Part shown: piece after piece, positions 52,270 through 64,000 of the stretch | Layout: each line of letters starts with the position of its first letter | Position numbering within the stretch: the first letter of the stretch is position 1 | Assembly: GCF_000150275.1 (NCBI RefSeq) | Contig: NW_002060946.1 | Coordinates: 5,742,597 to 5,806,596 of the forward strand | DNA from: Trichoplax adhaerens | Taxonomy: Eukaryota > Animalia > Placozoa | DNA: 64,000 nt | Reading direction: 5' to 3' | The notes under the pieces: model-generated | What the model was told of the DNA's origin: nothing | Seen by the model: only the letters and a program-made list of their open reading frames with translations | Databases searched by the model: none | Made by a program: the position numbers and the translations under genes

Positions 52270-52960
52270 TGGTATGATTACAAAACGTCCGATATATATG
52301 CTAATTGTCATGAATACCAATATAGAGTAATTATCATTAAGACAAATAGGAAATCAGCTAACAAAAAAAGAACCTCTTTATACTGAATATTGCCGTTTTG
52401 TTTCCTAATCGAAGATTATAATTTTCAAATGGTTAGCATAGCAATAACGAAATCAATCTAGTCATCGAAATAGATGAACGAAGTATAACCATTCTTAAAT
52501 ATTAGTTTATGAATGCTTTAGAAAAAGAATTTCTATACATTTTAAGTACTAGCATTTTGCATTTTGTTTTCTAATCAAAGATTATAATTTCAAATGGATA
52601 TACTATAATGTTAGCTAAATCATTCTAGTCACTAAAATAGATAAACAAAACACAGCCGTACTTGAATATTAGTTATAAATATAAATTATTCATTCTTAAA
52701 CAAGAATATTGAACTGTCCTCAAACCAGGATTTTATTTTACAGAACTCATAATTGAGAAAATTATAAATAAATCTTACGTAATATGATTACAAATAATCA
52801 GGTAGATATGTTAATTACCATGAAAGCTAGCTTAAAGTCATTGTCAAGACAAGTAGAGAAGCAGTAAACAAAAAACAGGCCCTTTTACGCAAAAAAGAAG
52901 TGCTTTTTCCTTTTATCTAAGATTATATTTTTCAAATGGCTATCAGGATATTAACGTAAT
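52270..52960. repeat. Degenerate local duplications
   Basis: aagattata.ttttcaaatgg recurs at ~52412, ~52578 and ~52919; tatgattacaaa at ~52273 and ~52783. Confidence 0.6.
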
Positions 52961-55900
52961 TAATTTAATTCGTTACATCTACTTTCTAATCATTTTTCTA
53001 GTTGAAAGTTCTATACAAGTATAATTGTTATATTAAGATCCGGAAAAAAATTTACATGTTCCATAGAGTTATAGCCAAACTACCCTTAAAATATTAATCA
53101 ATAAAAATATCCGTTGATTTTGACTACTGTAAATACATCAGACAACACTTGATTTTGCTATCCCAAAGATTATAGTTACTGTGTAATGAACTAAAATTAG
53201 TCGAGACTGATAGTAATAGGAGTTTACTTAGGGTACAGAACGTTACATCTTATCCAATGAATCTACAGATATTGCCAAGTATTGGTATGTAAGACAAAGA
53301 TTATTATAATATCTCTCCGATTAGAGAAATTTCTACAGTGCCCACCACATAACTCAGTTCTTCATTATATATTGTTATATAATTAATAAATTTACAGGAA
53401 ACTTATCGGTGCCATAGCCTACGATTATATTCATTGTTTAATTTTATAAGAAATAGTTTCATTACGTAACATTAAACGTATGAAAAAATACGTAATAATA
53501 CGTCAATGAAAATTTAAATTTAAGGCGATAGATGCAACATATTATATGCTATGTATCATAACGATAGTCAAACTGTAATATATGTATGTGTTTTTGTGGA
53601 ATACAGCATCATGGAAAAAAACTGAATAAGCGCATGGCTGTTCAAATTTCAGCTTGTTATTGGAATGCAACGGATGATTTGCTAGTTTGAACAGTATCAA
53701 CATTATTAAGACGGCACTCTTTAGATTTAAAGGACTAAATCGATTGCATATCTTAGAAATATGCAGTTATCTCATTTCATATCAGCAATAACATCTTAAT
53801 AGACTAAGGTATTGAATTAGCTCTAGATGCTTTGCTCAGTACACATACGTCGTGAGTAAACAATGATTTCAAGATTGAACTGTAAATTCTCCAAAACAAT
53901 TTATTAGACATTTTCTAACAGCAATCACGCTAAACTGATTTGTGCAGTCAATTTTATGGTTACTTTACACCGGTAAATAACTATTTTAACTCAGAATTAC
54001 ATATCTAGCAAATTAATTTGTAGGATACTTTCTCATCGTTACTACTCTAAATCTATATTTATTATGAAATTAACGGCTTTAGTATGCATCACAGGTCAAC
54101 AGATTCAACTTTGAGTAGCATCGTATATCCAAAAATTAATTTGTCGATTATTTTACTATAGTTACATCCAAACTGATATACACGATAGGCTAATAGTCTT
54201 TTTATGTAGGCAATAATGATTTTCAATTATTTTAAGTCGGAATCCTATCTTCAGTAATAAATTAATTTGCTGCATATTTTCCTATGGTTACTATTCTAAA
54301 ATGATACGATACGAGTCGATCTATAAATTAATAGTTAATATACTCGTATACAAGCAATCAACAATTTTAAGTCTGAAAATACATATATTGTAAAACATTT
54401 TGTTGAATATTTTCCGTAGTTACCATTCTAAACAGTTCCGATGTGCACCTATTTATAAATTAATTTTCAAATTTATACAAGTAAACAGCAGTTTCAAATC
54501 TGAAAATGTATATTTTGTAAACTATTTTGTTAGATATTTTTCCATTGTTACCACTATTTCTATGCCGAATTACATAATTTAACCTATATCAATTGCTACT
54601 ATCTGCACAATGTTGGAATATGTTTATTTCTTAGTGCTTTGCCGTATCCTAAAAATGGTCATTAATATTTAGTGCGATATTCAGTGTATCCGTTCAGAGT
54701 GATAACTACGGAAAAATATTGATCAAAACATTTTTCTGAATATACATTCGGGCTTTAAACCTGTTTAAAATGACTATGAAGTCACACTATAATATTTATC
54801 TACTCAGAGTGGCAACTATGAGAAAATGCGTAACAAATTATTTAGTAAGAAGTACTGTACACTTTAGGATTGAAACTGTTGTTTGTCCCCATAGTTGTGA
54901 CCATCGATTTACACTGCAATTCTGTTTATCAATAATAATAGCAAATGTTTATGAGAAAGCCTTAGTCATTGGCTTGTAGATATTGATTCTGTATTCTGAA
55001 TGACAATAGTTGAGATTAACATAACATCAACAGATCACCAATTCCTATAAAAAATTATATACATCGATCGATATTTATTATAGGAAAGTAAATTTATATA
55101 ACTTGGCATGCAAGATAATATAAAATTCTACGTAAAATAATCGACACCTAGGCTTTATTCCAGCCTGAGCTGTCAGCTGTAGTTAACAATGCCTAAAGTA
55201 TTAATTAATATCGACAATTTTGGATTAAATGAACGAAATTTTTAGGGTGTTAATTTTACTAAAAGTAGATTATAATATGTACTTTGGCCATATTAAAAGT
55301 TACCAATAGGAAAAAATATTTTTTATTGAATTATCGATACTAGATGATTTACACTGACCTTCCACTGTATTGTTTTCTCTTCTAGCCATCCCACATTCCA
55401 AGCTAGTATAATACTAACAATTGAATTGATGATTATGTATCTAGCTAGAATAGGATGGAGATAGGTCAAATATTGCAAGATTGTAGTTCAAGGTGGATAG
55501 ACAATGACATAAAAGATCCTGTAAAAAAATAAAACAACTTAGTTTAATATTGTCTGAATCATGTAGCACGTATTTATCCTCGTTCACGTATTATTATGGC
55601 CATTATTGTTATTATTATTATTATAATATATTATTATTACGGCAGCGTCATTCATTACTTTAAATTTTAGTACACAAGTCCATCACCACCCTGGGTCATC
55701 TTTTTCTTTGATCTTATGCTAGAGTTTAATCGGATTGTGTGGGGGCGGTTGCTATTTCCTAGTATATTATATGATCGAAAATGATAATTCATCACTACTG
55801 GATTCTATCTATTCGCTATTGATTTCTTTAAAGTGTATCTAATAGAAGATGATAATTATGCTATGATATTGACTGAAAGGTAGATGCTGTATATTTTAAT

Positions 55901-56417
55901 GTAGAATTTATTATGAATTAAATACAACTAATGCCAAGGTCAACAAAAACAGCTCGGAAGTGGATTGAGTATGGCATCGTTGATCGATTTTATACTAATT
56001 TTAACGAATAAGAATCTTAAAGAAAGACAGCAATTTATAAGAAAGAATTATTCTATTAATTTCGGTAGGTTGTATAGGAAAGCTATTAACACTTCGTAAT
56101 TTCTATACTGTCAATAACTTGTACCTATTATAGGCTATAGTTCAGTTACTATTTGTAGAATTTTATTTCCGATACCTGTTGATCTAATTTATTGTTTTTA
56201 TAATAACATGGGCAAAAAATGACTTCATATTGCTATACTGCTTCCACCATTGAAATGCAATGTCTAAACATGACTTATAGAAATGTCAAAGCATTGGATA
56301 TTAATTGAATCGATCTAAATAGAGAATATATTTAGATTGCTTAATTGATAAATACAGCATCTATACAATAATGCGGTAATATGATCACACAATAAATTTG
56401 AATAAGCTCGCATATCG

Positions 56418-56560
56418 ACCATATGGATTAATAAAATTCGCGCACGTTTGGGAGGAGTTTCAAGATTCTATTTTCATCTCAATACAAGCGATTGGTCACA
56501 AGTGTTGCCTACTTTTAACTTTGAATCGTTGTTTTAAAATGAGGAACGTGTAGGTATAAA
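56418..56560 (+). promoter_or_regulatory. Putative proximal promoter of the bHLH gene
   Basis: ACCATATGG E-box at 56418-56426, inverted CCAAT (ATTGG) at 56491, TATAAA at 56555-56560, ~335 bp upstream of the ATG. Confidence 0.45.
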
Positions 56561-56892
56561 TTAGTTCTAGTTGGACGCTAAAGATTTATTTTATTTCAAC
56601 GGGGGCCGACAAGTTGTTAGTTCTAGCAGCAACTAAGGGTAGCTAGTATTTTGCGCCTTTAACTTTATTATTACTTCACTACGTATCAGTTAACTTGACA
56701 CACTATTTTAAACTTCGATGTTAGTTTGCACCACTACGTCTTAGAATTTAAAATACTGAATTTTTAGTTTCTATCCTATAGTTTACTTTGAAGTAGGCTC
56801 CTCTCTTATTCTTATTACTTTGACATTGGTTGATTACCATATTTAGTACGAATAGTAGTTCACTCCCTCACCTTTAATATTCAGCAAGAATC

Positions 56893-57597
56893 ATGTCTGA
56901 GGTCTCTAGTTTTGAGGACGAATTCGAAAATCAAGATCTCTTGAATTTATTGGATGATATTGCAAGTTGTGGCGACGAATTTGGCCGATTGGAAAGTCCA
57001 CTAACTCTAGACAGTCCTTTCTATGCCAGTCAACATCCACCATCACTGCAAAATTGGCTACCCTTAAATAAACCTCTTGATATCAAGTCGTTAAAGAAAA
57101 AAGTAGTCTCAACTACTTCTGCTATGAAAAGGAAACGATATGACAAAGATAGCGAAACAAGACAAGATAGGAATCATAGCAAGAAGAAGAAGAAAAATGC
57201 AATCTCAACTGTACGCCGAACAAGAGCTAACGAACGAGAGCGCAATCGAATGCATAACTTGAACGATGCATATGAAGAACTGCGTAAAGTTGTCCCCCAC
57301 TATCCTGCGGATAGAAAATTATCCAAGATTGAAACATTAATATTAGCACAAAATTATATTTTATCTCTATCCGATTTATTATTACAGCGCACATCAGCCG
57401 ATTATCAACAAAAAATTAATAAAGAATTTTGCTCACAACCTTATTCGCCATCATCAACACCTATCGCGACTACGACTAGCAATAGTCGTGACAGTGATGA
57501 CGATTCCTCATTAAGCTCACCGTTAGATTTTAATGATGACCCCGTATCTCCATTTGATAATGGTATAGACATGGAAATGAACGTTGTTGCTTTTTAA
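56893..57597 (+). CDS. Atonal-superfamily bHLH transcription factor (neurogenin/NeuroD/Mist1-like), single exon, 234 aa
   Basis: bHLH domain [56 protein letters not shown], preceded by a basic NLS-like stretch (KRKR...KKKKK); acidic and Ser/Pro-rich termini. Confidence 0.93.
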   Translation: MSEVSSFEDEFENQDLLNLLDDIASCGDEFGRLESPLTLDSPFYASQHPPSLQNWLPLNKPLDIKSLKKKVVSTTSAMKRKRYDKDSETRQDRNHSKKKKKNAISTVRRTRANERERNRMHNLNDAYEELRKVVPHYPADRKLSKIETLILAQNYILSLSDLLLQRTSADYQQKINKEFCSQPYSPSSTPIATTTSNSRDSDDDSSLSSPLDFNDDPVSPFDNGIDMEMNVVAF

Positions 57598-59689
57598 TAT
57601 TCATGCTGTCGGCATGCTTTGCTTTGCTTGGTAAGTATCTGAGACTAAATAACCGATATGCCAATCTTTACTCTATCGTTTTCGTCGTAGCTAATGCTAA
57701 ACTCTTTGTAATTAGTACACTTTAAAATTGAGTTTTGCTACGGTAATTAATTTAGAAATGCTAACAGTTCAGGATATATTTTTAGAGTGGCCATTAATAG
57801 ATCTAAATTATCGAAGTAAAACAGGAAAGTTTGCATTAATTCAGTAGATTGAAGATTACAAGTATTTTCACTCTTTCTATTTACAAGTCTACTATATTAA
57901 ATGGAATGGATCAGGATACCTCTGTATGATAGCAAAATGATTACTTAATAACTTAGGATACGAATAGTTACATTCGTGCATTGCGATAGAAATTTAGTAA
58001 TAACGTGATGAAAATTAAAAATTTGTCGCAAATTATAAATTCTATTTAAAAAATTAAACGAGATGAGTAACCAATTGTATCATTTAATTTTTTTAGATTT
58101 TAGATAGTATTTGCAGAACAGCAAACTAGCAAGATCATAACAAAAAGATGATCCATTAACTGTGGCATGATATAATACAGATAACTAAATAGGCCAATGA
58201 ACAGAAATATCAAATTTAAGATTCGTAAAATGTAGCACCATCCAGCTTAATTTATTGTCGATTACTGTATGCTTAATTATATGACGTACGGCAGGCTTTG
58301 TGTTCTTTAAACTGTCCTAATAATATTTACAAGTCTATACGTGATGTGGAAGATTCCATATCTCGTAATATTCCTTAGTGTAAAATTACTATGGTAAAAT
58401 TAATTATTGACGAATTCTACTGGATCTTATACTTTAGGGTCATAATAACTAGTAGAAATATAACAATTTTAATATGAAAAACTAAATGCTAACAGATAGA
58501 TCATGGTTACCAGTTAACATGACGATAATATAGTTGGAGTGGAATAGAATATTGCAACAAATTTTTAAAAAACTAACTTTCAGTGTGATATCTGATTGTT
58601 TGCCAATTTTATTAGACGTGCTGTATGTGAATAAATAATAATCTCTAAATATTGGCCTAAGATATAATATTGAAGTTTAAGGTGTATTGGACTATCTTTA
58701 CTAGTATGTAACAAGATGTTAAACCTAGCATTTAGTTAACGTAAATCAGTTGACTTTTCTTAGGCGGCACATGCCATACCCAAGGAAATCTCTACTCCAA
58801 TTGTAAATTGTATATGTATTCTTGAAAATAATAAATTAACTATATTGAATTGTTATCATAATGGCGATTGAATTATTTTTGATACAATGCACGGAAAATC
58901 TGTTTAATATTTAACTACGTCAGCAATAGACATGAAATTGTTAATTTGATTAAATTATCTTTGCAGTAATATATTTAGAAATCAAGGAATCGATTGCCTT
59001 TGTTTTCGAAATGTAGGAATATCACGTAATTTTATCTTATCCTATTAATAGCAATGGTATTTCTCAGTAAGATAATATTGAGGCTATTTCTTTCATAACC
59101 AATACCTACACCATTATAAATGAATTGCAAGTGGTGAATTTTATAGTTGATGGAATTGATTTCATAGGATAATACAAGTTGTTAGTGTACTGTAGATTAC
59201 TCTTCGCTCAATTTTATTTCGTGATAGAAAGAATCAATCAAAATTGTGGCTTAATCATGATTTAATTAAACTTTTAGCCACTCTATTGTAAAATTGTCGC
59301 CAACTCGTATTTTGTCATCGCAAAAGTATGTAAAAACTATCCTTGATTTTAGTTAATTGTAACGTCCAGTCTTTCTTATAGTATTTTATTCATTGAAGCT
59401 TATCATTAAAAAATCTATAGCTCAATAAATGAAAAAAGTTGAGCTCTTGAAAATCACTAGAATTCCCTTTTTATTATCATGCATTTATATAAAATTTTTG
59501 TCTTAATAGCATTTTAAGTCAAACATTTACCCTTGAGCAATATTCGCAAATCTATAGTAAATGACCTAATTTTAACATAGTCTTAATATCATTTGCAAAA
59601 TATCCGTAAGAGTCAAGGTGACTCTTCAAGCTAACAAATATTATCAACTTCAATAGTACTAATTTATTTACAAATTTCTGATATTGTCC

Positions 59690-60410
59690 ATTTTCAGGCT
59701 GCGGCGCTAAATGATGCACATGTAGATATTACTCTTTGATGGCATCGATGGTATGATAGTAATACCGACGGGAAATTAGTTATACTACATATAATATGTA
59801 AGAAAGATATTAACGTTCTTCCCTTAGTTTTAATGCAGCTCTTGGGCGGTAAAACTATACTTACGCAAATAATAATCATAATGAATATTTTAAAATCAAT
59901 ATCAACGCATTGCACGCATCCATACCAATGTAAATAAAAGTTCAGATGGTCACACAATTACATCAAAGGAGGAGCAAACTTGAAGCAGTGGCTCAAAAAT
60001 CAAATATTTACGGTGAAATTAAAATCTCCGTATTGCATTATATCTAATGATTGACATTGAACTTCGCATCCTTGAAATGACCGTTATACACAATTGAAGA
60101 GTTGCGACCATAGTCTTACCAGATTACAGTATACCGGCTAAATGTAATATTTTACTTTCTCTGACATTAATGCTTAAGATGGAGCTGCTAGAGAGGATAC
60201 AAATTGAACAGTGAGCCCTATGAGTTGTATATCGTGAATTTGACCTAGTTGTCTGATTATGACATTTACAATGTGCTCATCTTTAATGTTAGAGCTTTAT
60301 TTATTTACTTAATGATATAATGATTAAAAATGAATATAGAAAAGATTTAATATGCCCTATAGTTGAGCACAGCTGCACAATACAACATAATAGTAGAGTT
60401 AGCAATGCAC
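59690..60410 (-). pseudogene. Possible decayed class A GPCR remnant
   Basis: In order: IANSTIML (60406, TM1-like), HDIQLIGLTV (TM2-like), SMSIIRYNAI (60060-60031, TM3 RY), FEPLLQVC (ECL2-like), IFIMIIICVSIV (TM5-like), RTLISFLHIICSITNFPSVL (TM6-like). A TM4 segment is missing. Confidence 0.3.
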
Positions 60411-63400
60411 CGGTAGCATATTTTCCTTTTAAATATCACAGTTTTATATTTGATTACTTTAAGGGTAAAATAGGAATGCATAAGCAATTTCGTACTAGGT
60501 ATTGAATATCTTGATTCTAGTTGCAAACATTACCTGACTTTATTTGTCTGCAATAGGGATCAAGACAAATCTTATCATTGAGTAAGCGGCACTTTCACCA
60601 CATATCCGTGCGCTTCTGTAGTACTTATTAATTCGACCATCAGGTTACTTGGTTATTCATTGCTATATTACTACGTCAATTCACACACTTTTTTATGATA
60701 TTATTTTAACGGAAAGAATTACCAAATGAATGAATGAAATATGTATCTTTTACGTAATATCTATCACCGATTACTACTATGACAAGTTTTGTATGCTATT
60801 TTATCCTTTTGGAAAAATATATTTCATATCAGGTACTTTCATTAATTGATCACAGCTGATCTAAGTGTACCTATACTCGTGCAAGAAGGATGAAGTTCAT
60901 GTTCTCTCATACTTGAGCTCGTTGCGTTTTCTATCTAGAAGGCTTCGTTACATAGCTTAAGAGTAACTTACAACCTTTACACTAAGTAAATCTTCATGAT
61001 ATTTTGCATATTAAAAGTAGCGTTAGCATAAAATGTTAAATTTTCATATTGTTAAGATGCAATTTTATTTCATACATGATTCATTGGATATTCATATCAA
61101 GTCCACACGATTGATTTCTTATATTACCTCGCTAATTACAATGCTTTATAGTTAGGCTGTAATGACTTATATAGAGAATAAATGGCGCAGTATTAGTCAC
61201 TGTACTTGCTAAGTAGTTCAAACCTACCCGTATAGAATGAGCATTAGCAGTTTTTAAATATTTATTTAGTACGGGAACAGCTACTAGGTAGGTATATGAA
61301 TATAGTTAGTACGCTTATATTTTGGCTATTGTTTACTACTGTAAATTACGTAATACGAATGACACAAATATTTCGCATCTGATGTTTACTCCGATAAACT
61401 TTTCACGTTCTAAATGTTATACCTATTAAGTGACCTTAGTCAGGATATTGCAAAATCACATTCGAAATTTAAATATGACTGTGAGATAGCCTCTTGCATA
61501 TATAACGAATGATTTAGTGCACGTTGGCGTACTTAATGTTTGCGTGGTACATAATCTACGGCTTGATTAGATATCAATACCGATGTCAATGGACATGAGT
61601 ATATAGGATCCACTATTTAGGTTTTCTGTATAATTCTGGATGACTTTGGATGCAGTACATATTTCATAAGCTTTTATTTTTCTCTACTGCTACCAACAGC
61701 TATCAAAAATTTCAAAATTTATCAAAATATAAATAGAGAATGCTTCTTTAATTATTAGAGCTAATAATTTTATTATGTTATTAAAATCAGTTAGAGTCAT
61801 AAATCAGCTATGAACCGAGAGTAAGAGTGCAATAACTGCAAATAAAATTATAACCATAAGAGTATATTTTGACAATTTCTACGATGATCCACAATTTATA
61901 GCAAGAATTTACAATTAATTAGCTGTGCTTATTTACCTACTGATTGAACGAACTATAGTATAACTGTAACACATAACTAGCATAATTAGCTAAAATCATT
62001 ACATTAACTTATATTGTACATTTGGAATAACTGTGATAACGTACATAACTTGAACATTTTGAATTATGATTTTCATCATCTAGATCTCTAAAGCAATATA
62101 TTATTGTCACGGTACTTCGTACCGTGAAGAAATAGCTATCTAAATTTGGTTAATATAATATAGTGATAATATATTACAACTAGTTACGTATAATAGGAAT
62201 TACTCTAATTATAAATGTGTTACAGTAAATTTAATGCTGTGCTGCAATGTGCTCTGAAATGATTCTGTGAATGGACATATTGTAGCCCGACTGCGAAAAA
62301 TTAGTTAGTAGATGTTCTCACCAAGTATTTTTATAAGATGACTCGTGAATGTTAGCTGCAGTAGTAGGGTATATAAGCCGTCAGACTGTTGAATAAAATG
62401 GTTCTCAATTGTCTAGTTGAGTTTAACGTAGAATCAAAGGCGTCTAAATTCTTGTGAGGTAGTTAAGGGATACTGAATCCCGGAGACTATAGTAATTTGG
62501 AGATTTGTTTTACGTTATCCTTGTCACGAAGCTGGTTTGTGACAATTATATGTTCTTTAAACCTTCCTGCCCTTCAAAACTCTGGTTCAATACTTTTAAG
62601 TTCCTTGCAGTATCAATGTATAGTATATGCGAGGCAAATTACAGTGGCAGTAAGAAGTCACAGTAGTCATATTTATTACAGTATATTGTGCCAGCTTAGT
62701 GTATTAAATTTGCTCTCTTGATGTCAATAATTTTATAAGCGTTGCATTATCGGATTGCCAGTCATTTTTATCTTATTCAGGGCCAATGGTTATATTTTTA
62801 ATTTTAAATTGCATTTATAAGTGTATAGCGATAGCTGGATCTTGTCTTTATTGCACTACATATTTGATAAAGTAAAAAATTTATGTGCTTGATTTGCAAA
62901 ATTAAATTTGTTTGTCATAGCTTACGATATGAGTAAATAAATACCAATGTATCGCGGACACGTATGAAATACGCACAAATCAATTCTTAAAACTTTTTTA
63001 ATAACAATCCGTTCTAATTAGACGTCATACCCTAAAAATTGAAGATGAACGATATATAATAACGTCGACTAGTTCTTTGATAGTATTTATGGAGGCCTTG
63101 ATGTAGGTGTAAATCCAAAATGATTAGATTTTAATTGCTGTAAGTCACATCATGTTATTCACCAAATATTCATGATAATAAAATTTGTCGCCGAATTGTG
63201 TCAACTATGTATTAGAAGTAATTATTAATAGAGATAGAGTGATATTAGCTGGCTGTTGACTTCAAAAATACCGAAATTATAACTAGACAGTACTGATAGA
63301 ATTAATTTAGTTACTTTAAAATTAAAATGATACGTTAATTAATTTATTATTGTTGAAGATATTGCATTGAAGTGCGTGATTTCATGTTAATTTGATCAAG

Positions 63401-64000
63401 CTATGACTTAGTATTATTTTTATAGGAAATATATAGCAGTAATACTGTATAACACGTGCTTTTGCAAGAAATTCTTGCATTGATTAGTGAGCATTAGATT
63501 CGTATACTACTAGATAAACAAGTTAATGCTGTTGATCTTTATCGGATCATGACGATGACAAAACAAGGGTTTTGAGATCAGAGTGAGAACAATCGAAGTA
63601 GGAAACATAAACGGATTGCATATTGATATCTAGACTAACGATAATATTAATACAACGAAAAATAATTTACTTAGGATCCGGCGATTATGTCAATGTTCAA
63701 TTATTTAGATAAAAGATGACGCTGCTAATCATTCTTGATTATCGCATAAATAATGAAATTGCTTAATGTTAACTCCTTATCGCCTTTACATCTTGTTACT
63801 ACATCAAACTGAAATGTTGCCGTTATAATTTTATTTAATAGTAGAACAGTAATGTCTTACATGTAATCGTTACGAATGCTTGCAAACTAATTATAGCTAT
63901 AGTATCATCTTCAGGGTAGGTACACCCAGTTTGATGGCGTTGGAGGCAGCCTATTCTGTGTGTGTGTGTGTGAATATAGTAGAAATAGCTCGCTATTAGC

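Noticed and set aside
63957-63972. (TG)n microsatellite; also (TTA)n near 55600-55640
   Set aside because: Ordinary short simple repeats.
1-64000. tRNA, rRNA, snRNA genes or autonomous transposons
   Set aside because: No cloverleaf, rRNA signature, transposase or reverse-transcriptase ORF was recognised; a covariance-model scan would be needed to exclude small RNAs.

Overview
AT-rich eukaryotic (animal) genomic DNA with short GT-AG introns, intronless GPCRs and three scaffold N-gaps. The gene style resembles a placozoan such as Trichoplax (inference only). Intact genes: two paralogous intronless class A GPCRs (4.5 kb and 32.3 kb, minus); a 2-exon deoxyribose-phosphate aldolase (DERA, minus) present twice on either side of an N-gap, probably an uncollapsed allele; a 12-exon, 852-aa ALDH16-family aldehyde dehydrogenase (plus) that keeps the catalytic Cys; and a single-exon atonal-superfamily bHLH factor (56.9 kb, plus). 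The main finding is that DERA, which makes acetaldehyde, and ALDH16 sit head-to-head with only ~1.7 kb of GC/CpG-rich DNA between the start codons. This suggests an operon-like deoxyribose-catabolism/acetaldehyde-detoxification gene pair in an animal. The apparently empty intergenic DNA carries many short local tandem repeats and several tentative, highly decayed gene remnants (class C GPCR, LRR, protein kinase, class A GPCR). All exon coordinates were worked out by hand, and no database search was run.
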